From positions 1 to 64,000 of IMG/VR virus record IMGVR_UViG_3300027963_000041: a DNA stretch of 64,000 nucleotides, one strand, 5' to 3'. Positions within the stretch are counted from its first letter, which is position 1, and every line of letters begins with the position of its first letter. Positions 16,825-25,970 of the stretch are shown here, piece by piece. A program made the position numbers and the translations under genes. Below the pieces are notes generated by a model, which saw only the letters and a list, made by a program, of their open reading frames with translations, was not told the origin of the DNA and searched no databases. The DNA comes from a virus.

Positions 16825-17108
16825 GCGTAGCAGAATGGGAAACTAAAGATAAAAACAAACTCCGTAAGTGGCTTGGTGAACACCTAGCATACGGACTTGT
16901 AACTGTTGTCTTTGAAAAGAAAGATGGCACCTTGCGTGAAATGCGTTGTACACTTAAAGACGTTCCTCAATATGAACGTAAAACTGAGAGTGAAACAACC
17001 CGCAAGAAAAATGATGAAATAATGTCTGTGTACGATATGGACAAAAGCGAATGGCGTTCTTTCCGTATCGATTCTATTAAAGAAATTAAATTTGATCTAA
17101 CATCATGA
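16821..17108 (+). CDS. WYL_2/SH3-like beta-barrel protein
   Basis: VxFxKKDGxxRxMxCTL...WRSFR motif. Confidence 0.75.
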   Translation: MSVAEWETKDKNKLRKWLGEHLAYGLVTVVFEKKDGTLREMRCTLKDVPQYERKTESETTRKKNDEIMSVYDMDKSEWRSFRIDSIKEIKFDLTS

Positions 17109-17821
17109 AAAAACTATCTGCACTAGCACTCGCAATCGCATGTGGCGTAGCAAACGCAAACATTCGTGGCGAAGGAGAACACCGTTTTGGTCCTGAGACT
17201 GCGGAAAATGTTGCATGTGCTATTGCAGAAGAAAAAGCGAAAGAGAATGCAATTGCAAACTTTGTTGGTGAATTGATTGAACATCAAACCAACGAAGTGT
17301 GTCGAGATACACAATGCACCACACACCGCGCCTACTTTTCTGAAGTGGGTGGTGAGATTCGTAGAATCATTCGCAAACAATCTTTTGTAGCACCAGACAA
17401 CAAAGCATCCGTTTGCATTGTTGAACTTGATGCCGATGTAGTGAAGATTGAAAACTCAATTGATCTTAGGGTCAAGGGTAAGAATCAATTGATGAATGGC
17501 GAACGATTTGGTCTGCAAATGGTTTCTAATCGAACCGGCAACCTCGCTATATTTAATATGACAGACGATAAGTATCGGCTGATCCACATGATACGAGTTG
17601 ATAAACCAAATTCGGAATTTGGATTTCCGAATGGTGGCAAGTTTCAAGCAATTCTGCCAAACGGCAAATATCAATCCAACGAATTGCTTGTCTTTTTATT
17701 TACTGAAAACAACTTGACATTTGAAGATGTTTACAGTAAAATGGAGTTTGAAAGGTTAGTTAAAGACTTGCCATTCAAAAATAGGAAGGTGATTAGTCAT
17801 CAAATTAACATTATGAGGTAA
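17105..17821 (+). CDS. secreted/periplasmic protein
   Basis: Signal peptide MKKLSALALAIACGVANA. Confidence 0.75.
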   Translation: MKKLSALALAIACGVANANIRGEGEHRFGPETAENVACAIAEEKAKENAIANFVGELIEHQTNEVCRDTQCTTHRAYFSEVGGEIRRIIRKQSFVAPDNKASVCIVELDADVVKIENSIDLRVKGKNQLMNGERFGLQMVSNRTGNLAIFNMTDDKYRLIHMIRVDKPNSEFGFPNGGKFQAILPNGKYQSNELLVFLFTENNLTFEDVYSKMEFERLVKDLPFKNRKVISHQINIMR

Positions 17822-17823
17822 CC

Positions 17824-17964
17824 ATGAAGTATTTGTTTATTATGATTTGTGCTACTATGCTATCTGCATGTGGTACAGTTGGCGGTGCTATGCAAGGCGC
17901 AGGACAGGATTTGAACTCTGCTGGCACATATGTTAAAAATGTCGGAAGGAGTGAGAATCGATGA
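17824..17964 (+). CDS. entericidin EcnA/B-like lipoprotein
   Basis: Manual translation MKYLFIMICATMLSACGTVGGAMQGAGQDLNSAG...; lipobox LSAC; GAGG RBS; absent from the ORF track. Confidence 0.7.
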   Translation: MKYLFIMICATMLSACGTVGGAMQGAGQDLNSAGTYVKNVGRSENR

Positions 17965-18578
17965 ATCAGACACTATGTTATGTTTTGCTTCCCATTGTTA
18001 TTTCGTTGGCGGCATGTAATTCCGTACCAACAAGCAATGGTGTTACAGTAAAGAATGATCGTATGTTTACGAATGAAGTAAACTATCCAAGTTGGTACAC
18101 CGAAGCACCAAAGAAAGACGATAAAGGAATCTATGCTGTTGGTTCTGAATATTCGAAAGACTTTCAGTTTTCAGTAGACAAGGCTATGCTTTCTGGAAAG
18201 CGTGAACTTGCGTCACAGTTTTCGTCATACACTAGTGCAATGATGAAAGACTTTGCATATGAATCAGGCATGACTGGTTCTGACGTAGCAAGGGCTGATC
18301 TAGAACGTACAACCAAAATGGTTGTTTCGCGAGTGAACCTTGTTGGTGTTCAACGTGTCAACATGAAAACTGTACACGAAGAAAATGGTTATCGTACATT
18401 CGTGCGACTGCTATATACCGAAGATGCATCTAATCGAATTCTGTTGAGTGAGATTCGGCGCAATCAAGCATTGTATGCTAAATTTCGTGCATCAAAATCT
18501 TTTCAAGAACTTGAACGCGAAACGGATAAGATCGACCAACAAAAAGTAGAAGAGATAAAGGCTCTTACTCAGCAATAA
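17961..18578 (+). CDS. LPP20-like lipoprotein
   Basis: Lipobox LAAC, PSWY motif, A-x6-ELA helix. Confidence 0.7.
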   Translation: MNQTLCYVLLPIVISLAACNSVPTSNGVTVKNDRMFTNEVNYPSWYTEAPKKDDKGIYAVGSEYSKDFQFSVDKAMLSGKRELASQFSSYTSAMMKDFAYESGMTGSDVARADLERTTKMVVSRVNLVGVQRVNMKTVHEENGYRTFVRLLYTEDASNRILLSEIRRNQALYAKFRASKSFQELERETDKIDQQKVEEIKALTQQ

Positions 18579-18588
18579 GGAGACTGAC

Positions 18589-19062
18589 ATGCCTAACTGG
18601 TGTAATAATACATTTAATGTCGAAGGTGAAAAAGAAACCATTGATAACTTTGAAGCCTTTCTCGAAGGTAATAACGGCAAAGACTGGTTCAATTTTTTTG
18701 CGCCAACACCCGTTGAACTGAAAGAAGATGGTTGGTACGAATGGAACGTATCCAATTGGGGTTGCAAGTGGAACTGTGATGCCCAAGATTGGACACGCGA
18801 TGGCAACACCATTTCATTCTGGTTTGACTCACCGTGGGGTCCGCCTGTTGAATTGTATTACAAAATTGAACAGGCTGGCTTGACAGTTAAAGCCGAATAC
18901 ATGGAAGAAGGTATGAGATTCGTTGGCGAGTTTGTTGATGGTAGCGATGAAACATATGAGTACGAAGATGTAGAAGACTTGGACAACATTCCAGATCACT
19001 TGGTTGAGAACTGGAACTTGCATGATCAATTTGAATCTTGGATAGAAGAGGACGAAGAATGA
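18589..19062 (+). CDS. DUF1281/YubB ferredoxin-like protein
   Basis: MPNWCxN, WYEWNxxNWGxKW and FDSPWGPP motifs. Confidence 0.8.
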   Translation: MPNWCNNTFNVEGEKETIDNFEAFLEGNNGKDWFNFFAPTPVELKEDGWYEWNVSNWGCKWNCDAQDWTRDGNTISFWFDSPWGPPVELYYKIEQAGLTVKAEYMEEGMRFVGEFVDGSDETYEYEDVEDLDNIPDHLVENWNLHDQFESWIEEDEE

Positions 19063-19462
19063 GATTCCTTTCTGGTGTTATCATAGGGGTTTTTGTTTGC
19101 ACAGTTGGGTTCATTGAAGTTGTGAACATTGTGTCAAAGGGTGCTCGAATTATTGAACACACTATACAAGATCAATGGATGCAAGATCGTGGTAGGATTC
19201 GTAATCCGCAACCAATCGAAGTGGACAGCAATGATAAAACAATATGATGGATTGACCGAACGTGACATTGAAAATTTAAATTTTCTTGTCAATACATCCG
19301 ATGTGGTATTGCGTGATTGGATGCTGAATTATGCCGACCAAGATGATTTAGATTATGCTCATGAACTGTTGGAAATGCTCAGGCACCGTTTGCTTGACCT
19401 TGCCGCAGAACGATCCGACCTGTCCGAAAGCCGCGAAATTATCTCCAAATTTGTCTCAAAGT

Positions 19463-19543
19463 GACCGGTTTCTAGGGCTTTTGGGCGGCTTTTACGGCTG
19501 GCTGATACTCTGACCCTCAACCCCTCAGAAAAGCCGCCCAAAA
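19463..19543. repeat. GC-rich inverted-repeat element, copy B
   Basis: Perfect 15-bp inverted repeat TTTTGGGCGGCTTTT/AAAAGCCGCCCAAAA around a 35-nt loop. Confidence 0.8.
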
Positions 19544-19555
19544 CCGCCCCTAAAC

Positions 19556-19613
19556 TGTTGTAAAAATACAACAAAAAACTAATGCTTGACATGAGTGCCC
19601 ATTGTGCTATACT
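19556..19613 (+). promoter_or_regulatory. early promoter with upstream palindrome, copy 6
   Basis: TGTTG-N8-CAACA, 12 bp, then TTGACA-16-TATACT. Confidence 0.85.
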
Positions 19614-19644
19614 AGAGTCTGAGATTAAGAAAACGGAGATAGAT

Positions 19645-19983
19645 ATGACGATGGAAATGGCTCTCGAAACCCTAAAGAATGACATTGTGGCTGACTATGA
19701 AAGTTGGCAAACACTAAGCGGCAAACCCCGCACCGAAGTCCAAGCCCGTATGCTTGATGAGTTTATCAACGGCATTCGAATTGACGAAGGTAGCAAATAC
19801 ACCAAAGTGGTGGCTGGCTCTTCCGTTTGGGGTTTCATTGTGAAGACTGATACCGATAAGAAGTTTCGCAAAGGCGATATTCTGAAAGCGGCTGGTTGGG
19901 CGGCTCCTGCGCGTAACGCGGCTCGCGGCAACATTCTTGACGGTGGCTATACAATTCGTTGGACTGGTCCTCTTTACCTTTAA
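19645..19983 (+). CDS. conserved phage protein (GDILKAAGWxAPA...RGNI)
   Basis: Motif; GGAG RBS downstream of the promoter. Confidence 0.8.
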   Translation: MTMEMALETLKNDIVADYESWQTLSGKPRTEVQARMLDEFINGIRIDEGSKYTKVVAGSSVWGFIVKTDTDKKFRKGDILKAAGWAAPARNAARGNILDGGYTIRWTGPLYL

Positions 19984-19995
19984 AGGAATTCTCTC

Positions 19996-20349
19996 ATGGT
20001 TATGCTTGTCATTCAAACCCAAGTTTATGAAAACTACGGCGCCCATGATTGGGACGGCACCGGCGAGTGCCCTCAGTATTGGAAACCCAAAGGTGGTTCT
20101 GCATACAAGGTACTTGACATACCTCTAAATATTGACTATAATAACCTTGTGAGTTTTGCATTGTCTGGTATTGAACAGGACAATGAAGGCTACCGTGAGA
20201 CTATGATCGGTTGGACAATAGAGTCGGATGACTACCTCTCATGGTTCGAAAAATCTCAGATGGAATATGATGGCGTTATTGCGTATCCAGAACCGACAAT
20301 GACGTATGAACAAGTGATGGAAAAACAAAAGGAATTAGCATGTATGTAG
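19996..20349 (+). CDS. conserved phage protein (ENYGAHDWDGxGECPQYWKxKGG)
   Basis: Motif; AAGGA RBS. Confidence 0.8.
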   Translation: MVMLVIQTQVYENYGAHDWDGTGECPQYWKPKGGSAYKVLDIPLNIDYNNLVSFALSGIEQDNEGYRETMIGWTIESDDYLSWFEKSQMEYDGVIAYPEPTMTYEQVMEKQKELACM

Positions 20350-20627
20350 GCGAAATTATTTCAATTTATCCGGTAATGGATCAAATTAAACTGTACCTTG
20401 AAATTCTCAAGGAACATTTTGTTGGCGCATAATGTGCGCTATAAGTAACATAATGACCTATTTGGGGGCGTAATGAGTAGAATGAGTGACCTTATGATTG
20501 AGATTCAAGAAATGTACAGTCGCGGAAGTGATGTGCAAGAAATTTCTAACAGTACCGGTGTGCCAATTCGTTTTGTTCTTGATGCTATTAAACACTTAGA
20601 ACCAGATTTTCTAGAAGAAGAACCATA

Positions 20628-21113
20628 ATGTATGATTTTATTTTTAATGATCGATATGATAAATCTCTTATACGAATCCTAGATATAATCTGGAAAGACT
20701 TGGACGTTGAAGCGGCTCAAATGCCAGGTAGAACCAAGCAAGAGATTTTTAATAAGATATGCGCCGACTTGAAAGCGAAGAATACCTTTGCTATTCATAA
20801 AGCGGATGTTGTTTTTTATGCGGTGCCTGATAGTCCTTGGGTTGTCAGGCTTCACGTTTTTACTGTAGACGAAGGTGTGTTTGGTCGCGAACGATTAAAC
20901 GCCGCGGCTGAATTGACTAGGTATATATTCCGCAATACTAAAATTGAAAAGATTTACGGAGTGACTGCAAATCGAAAATTTATTGCAATGGCAAAATACT
21001 CTAGATGGAAACCTGGACAGGAAGGTATTCTCACCAAGTCTTTTAAAACAAATGATGGACAATTGATTGATCAATACATGATAAGTGTAAACAGATCGGA
21101 CTTCATGAAATGA
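20628..21113 (+). CDS. GNAT-fold-like protein
   Basis: LHVF...G...IEKIYG...EGILTKSF..DGQLID pattern of RimJ/DUF2824-type GNATs. Confidence 0.5.
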   Translation: MYDFIFNDRYDKSLIRILDIIWKDLDVEAAQMPGRTKQEIFNKICADLKAKNTFAIHKADVVFYAVPDSPWVVRLHVFTVDEGVFGRERLNAAAELTRYIFRNTKIEKIYGVTANRKFIAMAKYSRWKPGQEGILTKSFKTNDGQLIDQYMISVNRSDFMK

Positions 21114-21281
21114 AACTATCACTACATGATCGAATGACAAGATACAATTGGTACCATAAAGCAATCACCCAATTTACAATGCTGGAGTGGTTGGTCGTAT
21201 TTTCTCTTTTTGGTTATTTACTCTATGAAATCCTATCGACAATATTATTTTGAACAAGCGATGGAACAAATTCGCGTTGCA

Positions 21282-21310
21282 TTGACAATGATTTGGCATG
21301 GTGTTATAAT
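21282..21310 (+). promoter_or_regulatory. consensus sigma70 promoter
   Basis: TTGACA-17-TATAAT with TG. Confidence 0.85.
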
Positions 21311-21331
21311 GAATAAAGGACACCACAGTAA

Positions 21332-21577
21332 ATGGAAAAAGAAAACTTAGTTTACAGACTACGCAAACGTGCAGAGATTCGCAGACAAATACCGTCACGC
21401 AAATCTGTGCAAGAAGGTGCGCCTGATCGTATTGCAGATTTGTTAGAAGAAGCCGCAAGTGAAATTGAACGGCTTCATTTGCTTTATGCCGCGGATATGA
21501 TGAGTGATAAGGGCTATAAAGAAGGCACTTTTGAAGAGTATGAAAAATTTAATCGTGAAAGAAACTATCCATTATGA
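21332..21577 (+). CDS. hypothetical phage protein
   Basis: RLRKRAEIRRQI...DRIADLLEEAA motif. Confidence 0.75.
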   Translation: MEKENLVYRLRKRAEIRRQIPSRKSVQEGAPDRIADLLEEAASEIERLHLLYAADMMSDKGYKEGTFEEYEKFNRERNYPL

Positions 21578-22167
21578 ATATCTTTTATCTAGATCGTGAA
21601 CCAAAAACATGTGCAGAAATGCATTGCGACAAACACGTTGTCAAGATGATTATTGAGTATGCACAATTGTTGTCAACCGCACATCGTTTGCTAGATGGCA
21701 CTCAAGATATTGAAAAGCGATATGTGCATGGTTCACTACCTGCGCGTTACCGCCATATCAAAGTATGGAAACACCCAAGCGAATATATGGACAAAGGTTT
21801 GATGCGGGCGTCACATATTAATCACCCATCAAACATATGGGTTCGCGAAAGCAAAGAAAATTATCAATGGCTATGCCAAATGTGGCTATGGCTTATGAAA
21901 GAATATACACATCGTTATGGCAAACATCATGCGTGTGAGAATCGTGTAGAGTATCTGATGGATGCACCTAAAAACATTCCATCGAAAGTGTTTACTGATC
22001 CAACACCTGCCATGCCAGAATACTGCAAAGTGAAAAATGATTCGCTTTCTTCTTATCACAAATACTATATACAAGAGAAAGTTCGCTTTGCTAAGTGGAC
22101 AGCGCGAGAAATGCCCACTTGGTATAAGCAAGGAGTTATAAATGCCGATATACAACTTCCAGCATAA
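21574..22167 (+). CDS. pyrimidine-dimer DNA glycosylase (DenV-like) family protein
   Basis: MNIFYLD...HCDKHVVKMIIEYAQLLSTAH, HxNHP and PAMP motifs. Confidence 0.75.
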   Translation: MNIFYLDREPKTCAEMHCDKHVVKMIIEYAQLLSTAHRLLDGTQDIEKRYVHGSLPARYRHIKVWKHPSEYMDKGLMRASHINHPSNIWVRESKENYQWLCQMWLWLMKEYTHRYGKHHACENRVEYLMDAPKNIPSKVFTDPTPAMPEYCKVKNDSLSSYHKYYIQEKVRFAKWTAREMPTWYKQGVINADIQLPA

Positions 22168-22378
22168 AGAGACTGGTGAGATTATAGAAAAGATGATGAA
22201 AATTAGTGATAGGGAAGAGTTCCTAAAAGAACATCCCGAATATGAGAGCGTGATTTTAGCCGCACCAAGTTTAGGTGATCCAGTACGTTTAGGGCTCCGT
22301 AAACCTGATGCAGGATTTAGAGAGGTTCTGCAAAAGGCAAAAGCGGCTCACCCTAGAGGTAACATCAATACATTCTGA
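22142..22378 (+). CDS. small conserved T4-like protein upstream of PhoH
   Basis: MPxYxF...TGE...GFxEVL motif. Confidence 0.75.
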   Translation: MPIYNFQHKETGEIIEKMMKISDREEFLKEHPEYESVILAAPSLGDPVRLGLRKPDAGFREVLQKAKAAHPRGNINTF

Positions 22379-22413
22379 AAAGGTGCGCCGATCAATTATT
22401 ACAAGGGTATCAC

Positions 22414-23169
22414 ATGGCGCGAAAAAGTGTTGCAAACACAGAACCAGAATTTCACTCAAGGCAACTTAAAACTATCAATAACTCACTCAAAGTAAGATTA
22501 GATGATCTAAAAACCTTTCAACCATTAACAGACAACCAAAAAGCATTTTTCGATTCATACAAGCGAGGAGATTACTTTATAGCATTACATGGTGTCGCAG
22601 GTACCGGTAAAACTTTCTGTGCTTTGTATAAAGCATTAGAAGAGGTACTTGATAAAGCAAACCCATTCAAAAGAATTATTATTGTTCGTTCCGCAGTACC
22701 GTCAAGAGAAGTAGGACATTTGCCTGGTGACCTTGATGAGAAGACAGAGATTTATCGTCAGCCATATCGTCAAATTTGCGAAACTCTTTTCGGAAGAAAA
22801 GATGCATACGATAGGTTAGAAGAGCAAGGTTTTGTAGAATTCATTTCCACATCGTTTATTCGTGGTATGAGTTTTGATGATGCAATTATTCTAGTTGATG
22901 AAATGCAAAATTTAACGTATGAGGAAATTGATACAGTCATGACGCGAGTAGGTTATCGTTCCAAGATCATTTGGTGCGGTGATTATCGCCAAACAGACTT
23001 AAACAAGAAACGTAATGACATGAGCGGCATTCTAAAATTCTTTGACATTGCACATCATATGGCATCGTTCACAAGAATTGAATTTACTGTAAATGATATT
23101 GTTCGTTCCTCTCTAGTAAAAGACTACATATTAGCGAAGATTAAATATGAAGACAATATTGAAAAGTGA
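22414..23169 (+). CDS. phoH: PhoH-like ATPase
   Basis: GVAGTGKT, GHLPG, RGMSF, DEMQN and GDYRQxD motifs. Confidence 0.93.
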   Translation: MARKSVANTEPEFHSRQLKTINNSLKVRLDDLKTFQPLTDNQKAFFDSYKRGDYFIALHGVAGTGKTFCALYKALEEVLDKANPFKRIIIVRSAVPSREVGHLPGDLDEKTEIYRQPYRQICETLFGRKDAYDRLEEQGFVEFISTSFIRGMSFDDAIILVDEMQNLTYEEIDTVMTRVGYRSKIIWCGDYRQTDLNKKRNDMSGILKFFDIAHHMASFTRIEFTVNDIVRSSLVKDYILAKIKYEDNIEK

Positions 23170-23175
23170 AATAAA

Positions 23176-23838
23176 ATGTTTACCCATGAACTTGTTGAGT
23201 TAACGCCACTATCAACCACAACGATAGACGGCAAGCGACATTATCAAACGCCCGATGGAAATGTATATCCATCGGTCACCACAATCACATCCCTACACGG
23301 CAAAGAAGGAATTCTTGAGTGGCGCAAACGTGTAGGCGAAGAAGAAGCAAATAAAATCTCAAACAAAGCCGCAACCCGCGGCACCAGAGTCCACAAACTT
23401 TGCGAAGACTACCTCAATAACGAACTATCATTTGAAGGTGCGATGCCCAACAGTATCGCATTGTTCAAACAAATGCAACCATTTCTCGACAAGTACATTG
23501 GTAAAGTGTATGGTATTGAATGTCCATTGTATTCACATCACCTGCGCGTAGCAGGCAAGAGTGACTGTATTGCACAGTTTGATGGTAAGAACGCAGTTGT
23601 GGATTTTAAAACAGCAAACAAACCAAAACAAGAACATTGGATTCAAAACTACTTTATGCAATGTGCGGCTTATGCTGTAGCATTTGAAGAGAGAACTAAA
23701 ATATCGATTCCTCGCATTGCGATTGTAGTTGCAGTTGAAGGTGACAGCCCGCAACTTTTTATAAAGAAGCGTGACGATTATATTGATATGTTTATTTCTT
23801 ATAGGAAACAGTATGATGAACAATTACTACTTGGATGA
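23176..23838 (+). CDS. PD-(D/E)XK exonuclease
   Basis: YPSVTT, RGTRVH, DFKT and QxAAYA motifs. Confidence 0.88.
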   Translation: MFTHELVELTPLSTTTIDGKRHYQTPDGNVYPSVTTITSLHGKEGILEWRKRVGEEEANKISNKAATRGTRVHKLCEDYLNNELSFEGAMPNSIALFKQMQPFLDKYIGKVYGIECPLYSHHLRVAGKSDCIAQFDGKNAVVDFKTANKPKQEHWIQNYFMQCAAYAVAFEERTKISIPRIAIVVAVEGDSPQLFIKKRDDYIDMFISYRKQYDEQLLLG

Positions 23839-24106
23839 AAAGCACAAAGAGATTATGAGTATTGCACAGGAAGAATGTGCAGAGGTGATTCAAGCCATCA
23901 GCAAAATTTTTAGATTCGGATTAGATGAATCATTCGAAGGTAGAACAAATCGCGAAAGATTGACAAGTGAACTCGGCGATCTTCAATGCATGATTACACT
24001 ACTTAAACAATATGAAGTGGTTGATGATTTTAAAGTGCATCAAGCCGAACTTGTAAAAAGAACTCGCCTTAGCAAGTGGTCAAACATTTTCACCGAGGTG
24101 CAATAG
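23813..24106 (+). CDS. MazG-like nucleotide pyrophosphohydrolase
   Basis: EECAEVIQAISK...ELGD motif. Confidence 0.8.
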   Translation: MMNNYYLDEKHKEIMSIAQEECAEVIQAISKIFRFGLDESFEGRTNRERLTSELGDLQCMITLLKQYEVVDDFKVHQAELVKRTRLSKWSNIFTEVQ

Positions 24107-24124
24107 TAATTGTGCGCTAAATAT

Positions 24125-24440
24125 TAAGATGACTGTATGAAGTTAACCGAAAGGTGTTCTGGACGGGGGTGCGAATCCCCCCACCTCCACCAAAAACGCA
24201 TCTGCCAGTCGCTCTGGTTGTATGGTACTATTCTAGAAATGAGGTTCAAGTCCTTTGGTGCGTTTTTGATGGGGGTGCATAGTTTCGACAGGGTAACAAG
24301 TACGAAGATGGACAGTCCGGTAGATGACGACCGTAAATCGCATAAAAAAAGTAAACGCAAACGATGAAAAGTTCGCATTGGCAGCCTAAACGCTGACTAG
24401 GGTTTCGGTGAGTTTCCTCGTAACAGAATAACTCACCACT
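24125..24440 (+). ncRNA. ssrA: circularly permuted (two-piece) tmRNA, tag ANDEKFALAA
   Basis: T arm + CACCTCC-A-CCA (ends 24192) lies upstream of 5' GGGGGTG...TTCGAC (24271); G3:U70 pair; tag reading frame 24357-24389; outer ends approximate. Confidence 0.9.
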
Positions 24441-24554
24441 AATTTTGGATAGTTGTAATCTGCGGCAACACCCGTTAGGCAGACCTAACTTTGGATTGCT
24501 TTATGATAACGAACCGAAATGATTTTTAATTTTTTAACCTCTAAGGGGAATTTT

Positions 24555-24752
24555 ATGAAATATGTTATTGCAACTATCGTATCACTTTTCGCAACTATCG
24601 CTATGGCACAGCCAGCAAAGCAACCTGAACCAACTCCTCCTGCTAAAGTAGCAGAAGCGAAGAAGGAAGCACCTAAGGCTGAGGCTCCAAAGGCTGAAGC
24701 AAAGAAGGCTGACGCTAAGAAAGACGAAAAGAAAGAAGCACCTAAGAAGTAA
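24555..24752 (+). CDS. small secreted A/K/E/P-rich protein
   Basis: Signal peptide followed by EAPK repeats. Confidence 0.75.
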   Translation: MKYVIATIVSLFATIAMAQPAKQPEPTPPAKVAEAKKEAPKAEAPKAEAKKADAKKDEKKEAPKK

Positions 24753-24789
24753 TTAAATAAGGGTCTTACCAATTCCCCTCAAGAATTGG

Positions 24790-24831
24790 AAGCCAATCTT
24801 ATCACGCAGTAGGATTGGCTTTTCTTTTTTT
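24790..24831 (+). terminator. intrinsic terminator or attenuator before the transporter
   Basis: AAGCCAATCTTA/TAGGATTGGCTT stem plus U tract. Confidence 0.75.
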
Positions 24832-24853
24832 GCGTAATCTAAAGGAGACTAGT

Positions 24854-25894
24854 ATGGAGTTTTTAACTCTTGCCTTGTTCAAAGGCATTTCATACCTCTG
24901 GATGTTATTCTTCATTATGATAATTGCGGGACTAGCGAAACAATATGAATTGTTCGCCCCTGCCTATTCCTATGTTAAGAATACATTCAGGTCTAATAGA
25001 TTTGTAGTTGCCCTACTGAGTGCAATCGGTGGCGTTCTTCCTATCGAAGGTCGCGTTACCGTGAGTGCAGGTCTTCTTGATACTGTGGCTCCAAAAGAGA
25101 CAGAGAGTAGAAAGAAGTTGGGCATCGTGGACTATCTAGCGACACACCACTATTACATGTGGTCACCGTTAGAGAAAACCGTGATACTTCCTATTGCCGC
25201 ATTTGGCTTAGCCTATAGTGCGTTTATATGGATGATTGCACCTCTATTGGTAGTGAGTTTGGCTTTCATTACTTTCTATATCTGGACACAGATTAAGGAA
25301 GAAGAAATTCCAATCACACCAGGTCGATTCAAACTGAGTTCGGTCATAAGAAACGTAGTGCCAATGGTAGTAGCAATTACTGCTTACGCTACGGGTGTTG
25401 CTGATCACACTTGGTGTTTTGGCTTACTTGCTTTATATTATGTGTTTATCACACAACAATGGGATCCAAAGAAACTACTTGGTTATATCAAGTGGGATGT
25501 GATTGCAATTGTTGCCTTTGTGATTGTGCTAGGTAACTTCCTCAAATCATACGATAGTGCATTTGCGGCATTCATCAAAGGTAGTATGCTCGACCCTACT
25601 ACATTTGTTGGTATGCTAATTATTTCTATTGTAGGTTTTGTTGCAAGTTTTCTGATGGGTAGTTCTGGTAAATTTATTGCGCTTGCAGTCATTATGTCTC
25701 AAGTGTTTGGACTTCAATATTTCTTGTGGTTCTTTGCAATTGACTACGCTGGCTATTTACTCAGTCCAACACACAAATGTGTGATGATAGGAAATTCCTA
25801 TTTCGGAACGCCACTTGGCGTGTATTATAAAGCACTCGGTATTTGGGCGCTATTGCTCATTACTACCGCAGGGCTATTTACATTTATTCTATAA
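24854..25894 (+). CDS. multi-pass membrane transporter (IT superfamily/DUF401-like)
   Basis: About ten hydrophobic segments; SPTHKC motif; AAGGAG RBS. Confidence 0.7.
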   Translation: MEFLTLALFKGISYLWMLFFIMIIAGLAKQYELFAPAYSYVKNTFRSNRFVVALLSAIGGVLPIEGRVTVSAGLLDTVAPKETESRKKLGIVDYLATHHYYMWSPLEKTVILPIAAFGLAYSAFIWMIAPLLVVSLAFITFYIWTQIKEEEIPITPGRFKLSSVIRNVVPMVVAITAYATGVADHTWCFGLLALYYVFITQQWDPKKLLGYIKWDVIAIVAFVIVLGNFLKSYDSAFAAFIKGSMLDPTTFVGMLIISIVGFVASFLMGSSGKFIALAVIMSQVFGLQYFLWFFAIDYAGYLLSPTHKCVMIGNSYFGTPLGVYYKALGIWALLLITTAGLFTFIL

Positions 25895-25970
25895 AACAGA
25901 TATATAATAGAGAGTTTCCGGAACTCTTCAAAACCGGATTTTATTAACACACACAAAAAGGAGACACACT

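Noticed and set aside
23176-23838. Exonuclease as a CRISPR-associated Cas4
   Set aside because: Lacks the Fe-S cysteine set; typical stand-alone T4-like exonuclease next to phoH
24124-24378. ORFs on both strands over 24124-24378
   Set aside because: They coincide with the tmRNA gene
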